From Nemertoderma westbladi (lineage: Eukaryota > Animalia > Xenacoelomorpha), in assembly GCA_032718475.1 (NCBI GenBank), contig JAUCBJ010005944.1, positions 1 to 51,339 of the forward strand: DNA of 51,339 nt. Reading direction: 5' to 3'. This document shows, piece after piece, positions 1 to 11,140 of this stretch (position 1 is its first letter; every line of letters begins with the position of its first letter). The translations under genes were made by a program, and so were the position numbers. The notes beneath the pieces were generated by a model that worked only from the letters and a program-made list of their open reading frames with translations, was not told the DNA's origin and searched no databases.

Positions 1-874
1 GCCCCAAACTATGGAATGCACTCCCTAAGGTTCTAACTGAATGCTCTTCATTAGTAACATTCAAACATAAACTGAAGGACTACTTACTGACTAAGATCGA
101 AGATGACGACTCATCCGTCTTTCTCTATATTTAATTTTTAACGAATTTTAGACCGACCGATACAATAATATCTCTATTTATTTAATTTTTAACGTATTCT
201 AGATTTATAATATATACTACTCTTGTTATTATCTCAGGCTTAGACCTTCGTTCACACAATACTTACGTTCTATATGGTTCCAACCCATCTACAGAATGTA
301 CTGTACAGTGTCTACCTTTTATTTCAATTTTATCTGTTTTTTTACTCTTAGATAAACCACAGTATCTACCGTACCTTTAATTCAATTATATCTGCTTTTT
401 ACTCTTTTATATACTTACCGCTAATTACCGGTATATTCACAGATATTTATTTTACTTGAGTTTTATCCTGGACCCTCATGGAAACGAGGTGAAACCTCAT
501 GAGGCCATCCACACGTCACTACATACGCTATCCTTCTTGTTTTTACAGTACGTTACATTAATTATATTTACACTCATATTTACATACATATCTACATTTA
601 TATTCACTACATACGATATCCTTCTTGTTTATACTGCACATTACATTAATTATATTTTACCTACGCTTGTGATGTTGAGACCCATTTGTTTTAAAACTAA
701 TGCAATTGTGCAACATCTCTCATGGGGTATGTACAGTACACTACTATGCATAGTTATATAATATTCATTGTTGTTTCTCATCGTTGTTTCGCTTTACATT
801 GCGATTTTATCTGTTTTAGTGCATATAATTTGTTGTTGACGTAAAAAAATCAAATCAAATCAAATCAAATCAAA
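1..874 (+). mobile_element. 3' end of a CR1/L2-type LINE (ORF2 C-terminus, 3' UTR, (AAATC)n tail)
   Basis: Frame 3-134 reads PKLWNALPKVLTECSSLVTFKHKLKDYLL..., typical of the WN-LP...FK--LK end of CR1/L2-group ORF2. Hairpin-like cctcatg..gaggt gaa acctc atgagg at ~474-504 and (AAATC)n tail at ~847-874. Confidence 0.7.
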
Positions 875-930
875 ACCCACCTTGGCAAATTAATATCCCG
901 CCTCAATGTTAAATTCTCAATTTAGGGAAA
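873..930 (+). repeat. Fragment of the GGGGGAACTGGACGCAA MITE family
   Basis: ccttggcaaattaatatcccgcctcaatgttaaattctcaatttaggga matches 30727-30775 almost exactly. Confidence 0.7.
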
Positions 931-2713
931 AGAAACTCATATCTCATAATCTGTTCCTAGTAATTATTAAAGCAGTTAGGGCAACATATATCCTGTCTAC
1001 ATCAAAATTATATATAATACCAAACACCACTCATAGTATTAATGTTGCCAAAACATAATTAGACCTCCAAACTCTGATTTTAATTGAACATTGCAACTAG
1101 TATAGTTATCAATAGTACCCTACAGTTAGGTTCATATATGGCGAGTCAGAACTGCGAATAACCAGCGAACTTAGGTGTAGGTTTCAGTGTATGTGTGTGT
1201 CGGAAGCCAATATCAGAATATATAACTAGCCATAGTATAATTATATTTGTTCGCTGAGAGAGTTAGGCCTCACTCATGTACACTACTCTATAACTAAAAA
1301 GTCATTCAGGTGGCCAGCTTTTCCCAGGAACCTACTGTAATAGACATTCGCATCCATTGAATCCAGGGCAACAGTTTGTGTTGGATTAAAGGGGGTAAAA
1401 AGTTATACAGAGACAGGTACTGTAGATCCCACTCTGTATTCCCTCTGGTTTGACAGATTAATATAATTAATGTTTGCCAAGCAAGTCATTAACTCACCTC
1501 CCTCTCGGATTTTTAAATACATCAATTATTATTTTATTATTAGCTGAGTATAGTACCATTAACGGTAACCAGCACTATGTGTGTAACTAAAATTCATTCC
1601 GCTGACCCACAACCCACCACCACCTTGTAGATATTCCCTTAGGAAGCACGGGGAAGAGTTATTCAGCTGATGGGATAATAGTAGATTACTAACCAAGTTA
1701 ATGTTTGCTTATAGTCTGGGTTGAAAGAGTGAGTGATTAAATAAAAACTTGGCACAGAAAGTACATCCTTGTTAGTTGGCCCTTTCTCTATTGAATGAAC
1801 ATCACTAGGTCCTCTATACATTTTTCATGCGCTCCAGCTGGTGTTTTATCATTGCGCCTATGGCGTTTTTTCGTTTATGACTATTTTTCGAGCCCACATT
1901 CTATGGACAGACATGGGACCAGCGGGAAACGATAGTGGTCATCAAAACATTGCGTTATGCAAAATTTTAACAAAATCGTTAGAGCCGTTTTTATGTTATT
2001 TCGCTTCAAAATATTACTATTATTACTATTACTATTACTATTACATCAAATTCTTACAGAAAGTAACCTTCGGTTCCTAATTTAGCAATGTTTAAATTTC
2101 AATCATTTTAAATTTACATTATTGTGAATGTTGATACATAATGCCACATTTTGAATTTAGCAATGTTTAAATTTCAATAATTTTAAATTTACATTATTGA
2201 TCAAGGATTGATCGAGTTATTAACGTTTAAATATTCGGCACGACAGATTGACACGTTAATTAAAGGTAACCCTATGCTGAGGCTCACCTAGCCGCGGAAC
2301 ATGAAATTGCATGATCCCAAAAACTTTCTAAACTTTTTATCAATTTGTCATTTGCATTTGGCCTAAGCCTTTTTTTATCCACTAGAACTTGCCATTAGCA
2401 GTATTACGAACTTGCCTATAGCAGTACAGTACAGAGTACAGCAGTATACTGTAGTTTTATTGGGGAAGTCGGCACAGCATTCTTAAAAATGCAGCTGCAA
2501 TGCAGCATGCCGATCCTAGTAGTAGTATTGGGGAAGTCACTCCCAAGTCCAAAGTCAGTATCCCAGTCGGCCAGTACTGCAGCTGTGCAGTACAGTATCT
2601 CACCCAACCACATGAACCAGTATCGTTCCTGTGTCGTGTCCTGTTTCTACTACCGCACCGTAATATTAGGTATTCTGATATTGGAATGCTGTAAACGTAT
2701 AATCTTATAAACA

Positions 2714-4828
2714 ATGGCTAAAGTGAGACCAGAAAAAAAGATGGGTAAGTCGGCATCATCGGCGGCGAAGAAAGGAAACTCGAAAAGTAATTCGTCATCG
2801 AACCCAAACAGAGAGCGGACTGGCCCTCATATGCGAAGCAAAGACACGATAAATCGGATCAATATGTACAAGGGGGGTAAACCGGTGCGAAATAGTAAAG
2901 GGAAGATCGTGAAACCGGGGTTGTTCCAGAATCCCGCCAAGGCGGGAGAACAGGACAGGATCGCTCCGAACAGAAAGTGGTTCGGTAACACCCGCGTAAT
3001 CACTCAGAACGCCCTCCAAATGTTCCAAAGCGAAATGTCGAAAATATCTACGGATCCGTATAAAGTGGTAATGAAACAAACTAAACTCCCGGTCACTCTA
3101 CTAAACGAACGCAAACAGTTCGAACGTGTACACATCCTCGACACGGAATCCTACGAACACACATTCGGGAAGAAATCCCACAGAAAACGCGCGAATATCG
3201 GGACTAGTGACGTCACGGAACTAGCTAAGATCGCGAGCGATAAGGGCGAGCGATACGCGGTGGATGCGGACAGAGATATCGAACGCGAAGACGACGGTAT
3301 CAAAGACGCGACCCCCGATATTATATTCCAAGCGGGACAAAGCCGGAGAATCTGGAACGAGTTGTATAAAGTAATCGATTCTAGTGACGTCATCCTACAG
3401 GTGTTAGACGCCCGGGACCCTATGGGAACGCGCTCACCCTACATCGAGAAGTACTTAAGCACCGAACAGAAACACAAACACTTGATATTCGTGCTCAACA
3501 AGATCGATTTGGTTCCGAGTTGGGTGGGTAAACGTTGGATTGTAGAATTGAGTAAGGAGCGACCCACTCTCGCCTTCCACGCGAGTGTAAACAAATCCTT
3601 TGGCAAGGGCGCTCTCATACAACTACTCAGACAGTTCGCTAAGCTCCATCAGGAGCGCAAACAGATATCGGTAGGGCTTATAGGCTACCCCAACGTCGGT
3701 AAGAGCTCCGTAATTAATTGTCTGCGACGCAAAAAGGTCTGCAAGACGGCCCCAATTGCCGGGGAGACCAAGGTGTGGCAGTACATCACACTGATGCGTC
3801 GTATCTTCCTTATAGATTGCCCGGGGGTGGTCTACTCGGCGGGGGACTCCCAGACAGACACGGTCCTCAAGGGGGTCGTTCGCGTCGAGAATCTACCGGA
3901 CCCGGTGGACCACATCGCGACGGTGTTGCACCGGGTGAAACCGGTGTATCTGGTGCGGGTCTACGGGGTCCCGCGATGGGACGACCCCAACGACTTCCTC
4001 GAGAGACTCGCCCTCCGCACCGGGAAGTTGTTTAAGGGCGGGGAGCCGGACGTCGTCGCCGCCGCTAAAATGGTCCTAAACGACTGGCAACGAGGCCGAC
4101 TTCCTTATTATAATCCGCCGCCGTCTAGTAAGTCGTTAGTGGCGGCGGAGACGGTAGGGAGTTTGTGTTACAAACCAATCAGTGACATAGATAAGGATGT
4201 TATGGATGATACTAAGGAGTCTATCGATGAGAACATTGACGCCGATGATAGTGATAAAGATTATATTAAGGATGTTGAAGACGAAGTAGTTGATATTGAG
4301 GTTGACGATGAAGATAAACTAGATGATGTTGTTAACGATGTTGATAGCGATTTATCCACTAGTGATGATGACGTCGATGATAGAAGTGCCTTAATGAAAC
4401 GCACAGAGGGGATAGCTGACGAACTGATGAATCCGTATCTCCCGTTAATGATGAAGAAGGCGATGAAGAAGGAGTTCAAGGGATTATTGAGTTCGGGGGT
4501 TGTGAGACGGGATTCGAACTCAGGCGAACTATCCGTAACCCCCGCCCATCGGATGGTCAAACACAAAGAGGAACCGAGTGCGTCGTTCATTCGGTTAGAT
4601 AAAGGCGAGGAAAAGCGTTCCAGAAGAGAACTGGCTGGTAAAGTTATCCGGAAACAGCGAAAGAAACACGTCGTTAAGGAAGGGAAGACTGGAGATACAT
4701 TAACAGGACGACAGCGGCGGAGGTTGCATCAGAAGTTAACCAGGAAGAAAGTCGGTGTTCATTTCTACGATCAAATTGATGTCAAGAATCGGTCTAGGCG
4801 ACATCATAACAACCCGACAAGAACGTAA
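2714..4828 (+). CDS. GNL2: Nucleolar GTP-binding protein 2 (GNL2/NOG2/NGP1), single-exon, 704 aa
   Basis: Intact ORF with NGP1-type N-terminus ([33 protein letters not shown]), DARDP, and circularly permuted GTPase motifs G4 NKID, G1 [10 protein letters not shown]3 DCPG, followed by NDWQRG, an acidic tract and a basic C-terminus. Confidence 0.97.
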   Translation: MAKVRPEKKMGKSASSAAKKGNSKSNSSSNPNRERTGPHMRSKDTINRINMYKGGKPVRNSKGKIVKPGLFQNPAKAGEQDRIAPNRKWFGNTRVITQNALQMFQSEMSKISTDPYKVVMKQTKLPVTLLNERKQFERVHILDTESYEHTFGKKSHRKRANIGTSDVTELAKIASDKGERYAVDADRDIEREDDGIKDATPDIIFQAGQSRRIWNELYKVIDSSDVILQVLDARDPMGTRSPYIEKYLSTEQKHKHLIFVLNKIDLVPSWVGKRWIVELSKERPTLAFHASVNKSFGKGALIQLLRQFAKLHQERKQISVGLIGYPNVGKSSVINCLRRKKVCKTAPIAGETKVWQYITLMRRIFLIDCPGVVYSAGDSQTDTVLKGVVRVENLPDPVDHIATVLHRVKPVYLVRVYGVPRWDDPNDFLERLALRTGKLFKGGEPDVVAAAKMVLNDWQRGRLPYYNPPPSSKSLVAAETVGSLCYKPISDIDKDVMDDTKESIDENIDADDSDKDYIKDVEDEVVDIEVDDEDKLDDVVNDVDSDLSTSDDDVDDRSALMKRTEGIADELMNPYLPLMMKKAMKKEFKGLLSSGVVRRDSNSGELSVTPAHRMVKHKEEPSASFIRLDKGEEKRSRRELAGKVIRKQRKKHVVKEGKTGDTLTGRQRRRLHQKLTRKKVGVHFYDQIDVKNRSRRHHNNPTRT

Positions 4829-5479
4829 ATACAATATTATCGCTCAGTTATATTTTAAATTAATTGAAAGGTGCGACGGGCAATAATGATAGGCAATTGA
4901 GTTCTTCCCGGTAAATTAATATGCGAAACTAAAAGTATCTCATTAATTTCTTATTTAGAGGTTTTTATGTGGCGCCGTTACAGTTGCAGTAACAGTACTG
5001 CCGAAAGGTCAGAAAAAATATCAATTGTTGAGAAAAGAATAAATAAAAAATAAATTGGTGAAAAATATAAGCTGTTACGAAAGTATAATTTGGTGAGAAA
5101 AAATATAATTATACTCATAAATATAATAATAATAAATAATAATACGATGTAATAATTAAGGGGCAACCATATAGTGAACTATTTATTGACTAACGGTATG
5201 AGAAAAACTCTTCTTTTGAGAAAAATTCTTATAATGAAATAATGTGAAAAAGCAATCGTGAAATAATGTAAAGACAACTAATACATATTATTATTATGTA
5301 CAATTACATAGTGATATAATGTAGATCATGGTTGTATTAGTTCTTTGAAAAATGCTTCATTTACATTGTATACACCACGGCCACATAAGGGAAACAAAGG
5401 TGCATTTTATTCCTGAAAATATCGCGCGTTAGTTACTTATATCCTGTAACCATTTCACCTTATTATGCGCCAAGTCCCG

Positions 5480-8400
5480 TCAAACCCTGTCAAGGTGCGC
5501 CATCTCCCACCCACACTCACCTCTTACCAAACCCTACAAGGTGCGCCATCTCCCGCCCACACTCACAAGTCACAACTTACCAAACCCTGTCAAGGTGCGC
5601 CATCTCCCGCCCACACTCACCCCTTACCAAACCCTGTCAAGGTGCGCCATCTCCCGCCCACACTCACCCCTTACCAAACCCTACAAGGTGCGCCATCTCC
5701 CGCCAACACTCACCTCTTACCAAACCCTGTCAAGGTGCGCCATCTTCCGCCAACACTCACCTCTTACCAAACCCGACAAGGTGCGCCATCTCCCGCCCAC
5801 ACTCACCCCTTACCAAACCCTACAAGGTGCTCCATCTCCCGCCCACACTCACCCCTTACCAAACCCTACAAGGTGCGCCATCTCCCGCCCAAACTCTCCT
5901 CTAACCAAACCCTGTCAGGTGCGCCATCTCCCGCCCACACTCACCTCTTACCAAACCCTGTCAAGGTGCGCCATCTCCCGCCCACACTCACCTCTTACCA
6001 AACCCTGTCAAGGTGTGCCATCTCCCGCCCACACTCACCTCTTACCAAACCCTGTCAAGGTGCGCCATCTCCCTTACCCAACCCTACAAGGTGCGCCCTC
6101 TCCCGCCCACACTCACCTCTAACCAAATCCTACAAGGTGCGCCATCTCCCGCCAACACTCACCTCTTAACAAACCCTACAAGGTGCGCCATCTCCCGCCC
6201 ACACTCACCCCTTACCAAACCCTACAAGGTTCGCCATCTCCCGCCCACACTCACCCCTTACCAAACCCTACAAGGTGCGCCATCTCCCGCCCACACTCAC
6301 CTCTAACCAAACCCTGTCAAGGTGCGCCATCTCCCGCCCACACTCACCTCTTACCAAACCCTGTCAAGGTGCGCCATCTCCCGCCCACACTCACCTCTTA
6401 CCAAACCCTGTCAAGGTGCGCCATCTCCCGCCCACACTCACCTCTTACCAAACCATGTCAAGGTGCGCCATCTCCCGCCCACACTCACCCCTTACCAAAC
6501 CCTACAAGGTGCGCCATCTCCCGCCCACACTCACCTCTAACCAAACCCTGTCAAGGTGCGCCATCTCCCGCCCACACTCACCTCTTTCCAAACCCTACAA
6601 GGTGCGCCATCTCCCGCCCACACTCACCCATTTCCAAACCCTACAAGGTGCGCCATCTCCCGCCCACACTCACGCCTTAACAAACCCTACAAGGTGCGCC
6701 AACTCCCGCCCACACTCACCTCTAACCAAACCCTGTCAAGGTGCGCCATCTCCCGCCCACACTCACCACTTACCAAACCCTGTCAAGGTGCGCCATCTCC
6801 CGCCCACACTCACCTCTTACCAAACCCTGTCAAGGTGCGCCATCTCCCGCCCACACTCACATCTAACCAAACCCTGTCAAGGTGCGCCATCTCCCGCCCA
6901 CACTCACCACTTACCAAACCCTGTCAAGGTGCGCCATCTCCCGCCCACACTTACCTCTTACCAAACCCTGACAAGGTACGCCATCTCCCGCCCACACTCA
7001 CCTCTTACCAAACCCTGTCAAGGTGCGCCATCTCCCGCCCACACTCACCTCTAACCAAACCCTGTCAAGGTGCGCCATCTCCCGCCCACACTCACCACTT
7101 ACCAAACCCTGTCAAGGTGCGCCATCTCCCGCCCACACTCACCACTTACCAAACCCTGTCAAGGTGCGCCATCTCCCGCCCACACTCACCTCTTACCAAA
7201 CCCTGACAAGGTGCGCCATCTCCCGCCAACACTCACCTCTTACCAAACCCCACAAGGTGCGCCATCTCCCGCCCACACTCACCCCTTACCAAACCCTACA
7301 AGGTGCTCCATCTCCCGCCCACACTCACCCCTTACCAAACCCTGACAAGGTGCGCCATCTCCCGCCCACACTCACCCCTTACCAAACCCTACAAGGTGCT
7401 CCATCTCCCGCCCACACTCACCCCTTACCAAACCCTACAAGGTGCTCCATCTCCCGCCCACACTCACCCCTTACCAAACCCTACAAGGTGCTCCATCTCC
7501 CGCCCACACTCACCCCTTACCAAACCCTACAAGGTGCGCCATCCCCCGCCCACACTCACCTCTTACCAAACCCTGACAAGGTGCGCCATCTCCCGCCAAC
7601 ACTCACCTCTTACCAAACCCTACAAGGTGCTCCATCTCCCGCCCACACTCACCTCTTACCAAACCCTGACAAGGTGCGCCATCTCCCGCCAACACTCACC
7701 TCTTACCAAACCCTACAAGGTGCGCCATCTCCCGCCCACACTCACCCCTTACCAAACCCTACAAGGTGCTCCATCTCCCGCCCACACTCACCCCTTACCA
7801 AACCCTACAAGGTGCGCCATCTCCCGCCCACACTCACCTCTTACCAAACCCTACAAGGTGCTCCATCTCCCGCCCACACTCACCCCTTACCAAACCCTAC
7901 AAGGTGCGCCATCCCCCGCCCACACTCACCTCTTACCAAACCCTGTCAAAGTGCGCCATCTCCCGCCCACACTCACCTCTTACCAAACCCTGTCAAGGTG
8001 CGCCATCTCCCGCCCACACTCACCCCTTACCAAACCCTACAAGGTGCGCCATCCCCCGCCCACACTCACCTCTTACCAAACCCTGTCAAAGTGCGCCATC
8101 TCCCGCCCACACTCACCCCTTACCAAACCCTACAAGGTGCGCCATCCCCCGCCCACACTCACCTCTTACCAAACCCTGTCAAAGTGCGCCATCTCCCGCC
8201 CACACTCACCTCTTACCAAACCCTGTCAAGGTGCGCCATCTCCCGCCCACACTCACCTCTAACCAAACCCTGTCAAGGTGCGCCATCTCCCGCCCACACT
8301 CACCACTTACCAAACCCTGTCAAGGTGCGCCATCTCCCGCCCACACTCACCACTTACCAAACCCTGTCAAGGTGCGCCATCTCCCGCCCACACTCACCCC

Positions 8401-11028
8401 TTACCAAACCCTACAAGGTGCGCCATCCCCCGCCCACACTCACCTCTTACCAAACCCTGTCAAAGTGCGCCATCTCCCGCCCACACTCACCCCTTACCAA
8501 ACCCTACAAGGTGCTCCATCTCCCGCCCACACTCACCCCTTACCAAACCCTACAAGGTGCGCCATCTCCCGCCCACACTCACCTCTTACCAAACCCTACA
8601 AGGTGCGCCATCTCCCGCCCACACTCACCCCTTACCAAACCCTACAAGGTGCGCCATCTCCCGCCCACACTCACCCCTTACCAAACCCTACAAGGTGCGC
8701 CATCTCCCGCCCACACTCACCTCTAACCAAACCCTGTCAAGGTGCGCCATCTCCCGCCCACACTCACCTCTTACCAAACCCTGTCAAGGTGCGCCATCTC
8801 CCGCCCACACTCACCTCTTACCAAACCCTACAAGGTGCGCCATCTCCCGCCCACACTCACCCCTTACCAAACCCTACAAGGTGCGCCATCTCCCGCCCAC
8901 ACTCACCCCTTACCAAACCCTACAAGGTGCGCCATCTCCCGCCCACACTCACCTCTAACCAAACCCTGTCAAGGTGCGCCATCTCCCGCCCACACTCACC
9001 TCTAACCAAACCCTGTCAAGGTGCGCCATCTCCCGCCCACACTCACCTCTAACCAAACCCTGTCAAGGTGCGCCATCTCCCGCCCACACCCACCTCTTAC
9101 CAAACCATGTCAAGGTGCGCCATCTCCCGCCCACACTCACCCCTTACCAAACCCTACAAGGTGCGCCATCTCCCGCCCACACTCACCTCTAACCAAACCC
9201 TGTCAAGGTGCGCCATCTCCCGCCCACACTCACCTCTTACCAAACCCTGTCAAGGTGCGCCATCTCCCGCCCACACTCACCTCTTACCAAACCCTGTCAA
9301 GGTGCGCCATCTCCCGCCCACACTCACCTCTTACCAACCCTGTCAAGGTGCGCCATCTCCCGCCCACACTCACCTCTTACCAAACCCTGTCAAGGTGCGC
9401 CATCTCCCGCCCACACTCACCTCTTACCAAACCCTGTCAAGGTGCGCCATCTCCCGCCCACACTCACCCCTTACCAAACCCTACAAGGTGCGCCATCACC
9501 CGCCCACACTCACCTCTTACCAAACCCTGTCAAGGTGCGCCATCTCCCGCCCACACTCACCTCTTACCAAACCCTACAAGGTGCGCCATCTCCCGCCCAC
9601 ACTCACCTCTTACCAAACCCTGTCAAGGTGCGCCATCTCCCGCCCACACTCACCACTTACCAAACCCTGTCAAGGTGCGCCATCTCCCGCCCACACTCAC
9701 CTCTTACCAAACCCTGTCAAGGTGCGGCATCTCCCGCCCACACTCACCCCTTACCAAACCCTACAAGGTGCGCCATCTCCCGCCCACACTCACCTCTTAC
9801 CAAACCCTGTCAAGGTGCGCCATCTCCCGCCCAGCCCACACTCACCTCTTACCAAACCCTTTCAAGGTGCGCCATCTCCCGCCCACACTCACCTCTTACC
9901 AAACCCTGTCAAGGTGCGCCATCTCCCGCCCACACTCACCTCTTACCAAACCCTGTCAAGGTGCGCCATCTCCCGCCCACACTCACCTCTTACCAAACCC
10001 TGTCAAGGTGCGCCATCTCCCGCCCACACTCACCTCTTACCAAACCCTGTCAAAGTGCGCCATCCCCCGCCCACACTCACCTCTTACCAAACCCTACAAG
10101 GTGCGCCATCTCCCGCCCACACTCACCTCTTACCAAACCCTGTCAAGGTGCGCCATCTCCCGCCCACACTCACCTCTTACCAAACCCTGTCAAGGTGCGC
10201 CATCTCCCGCCCACACTCACCTCTTACCAAACCCTGTCAAGGTGCGCCATCTCCCGCCCAGCCCACACTCACCTCTTACCAAACCCTTTCAAGGTGCGCC
10301 ATCTCCCGCCCACACTCACCGTCTTACCAAACCCTGTCAAGGTGCGCCATCTCCCGCCCACACTCACCTCTTACCAAACCCTGTCAAGGTGCGCCATCTC
10401 CCGCCCACACTCACCTCTTACCAAACCCTGTCAAGGTGCGCATCTCCCGCCAGCACTCACCTCTTACCAAACCCTGTCAAGGTGCGCCATCTCCCGCCCA
10501 CACTCACCCCTTACCAAACCCTACAAGGTGCGCCATCTCCCGCCCACACTCACCCCTTACCAAACCCTACAAGGTGCGCCATCTCCCGCCCACACTCACC
10601 CCTTACCAAACCCTACAAGGTGCGCCATCTCCCGCCCACACTCACCTCTTACCAAACCCTGTCAAGGTGCGCCATCTCCCGCCCACACTCACCTCTAACC
10701 AAACCCTGACAAGGTGCGCCATCTCCCGCCCACACTCACCTCTTACCAAACCCTGTCAAGGTGCGCCATCTCCCGCCCACACTCACCTCTTACCAAACCC
10801 TGTCAAGGTGCGCCATCTCCCGCCCACACTCACCTCTTACCAAACCCTGTCAAGGTGCGCCATCTCCCGCCCACACTCACCTCTTACCAAACCTTGACAA
10901 GGTGCGCCATCTCCCGCCCACACTCACCTCTTACCAAACCTTGACAAGGTGCGCCATCTCCCGCCCACAATCACCTCTTACCAAACCCTGACAAGGTGCG
11001 CCCTCTCCCACCCACACTCACCTCTTAC
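5480..11028. repeat. Tandem array, 46/47-bp unit CCAAACCCTGTCAAGGTGCGCCATCTCCCGCCCACACTCACCTCTTA, about 118 copies
   Basis: Directly visible. 47-bp (ctgtcaag) and 46-bp (ctacaag) variants are interspersed; explains all overlapping ORFs at 5465-10991. Confidence 0.98.
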
Positions 11029-11140
11029 CAGACAATCTCGTGTGGGAGCCTTTTCCAGATCTCTGAGATTTCTCTTGGCTGTGTAGTCGAACATCTTTTG
11101 ATTTCTTGGCCTCTACAGCTTTTTCCTTTTCTTGTCTTTT
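11029..11140 (-). CDS. CFAP100: CFAP100-like exon 6 (KRQEKEKAVEAKKSKDVRLHSQEKSQRSGKGSHTRLS)
   Basis: tcttag| acceptor, open in phase 0, G|GTAAGA donor that is also the first unit of the 47-bp array. Confidence 0.72.

Noticed and set aside
1841-2080. 79-aa ORF with poly-Tyr
   Set aside because: The poly-Tyr comes from a (TAT/TAC)n microsatellite; no other coding signal.
900-2700. Search for further CFAP100 exons (e.g. AG|GTGAGT near 1492-1500 on the minus strand)
   Set aside because: No acceptor giving an open, phase-compatible frame and no CFAP100-like peptide found.
5465-10991. Many long overlapping Pro/His/Thr-rich ORFs (up to 609 aa)
   Set aside because: Artefacts of a stop-poor 46/47-bp tandem repeat; all three frames give the same cycling peptide.
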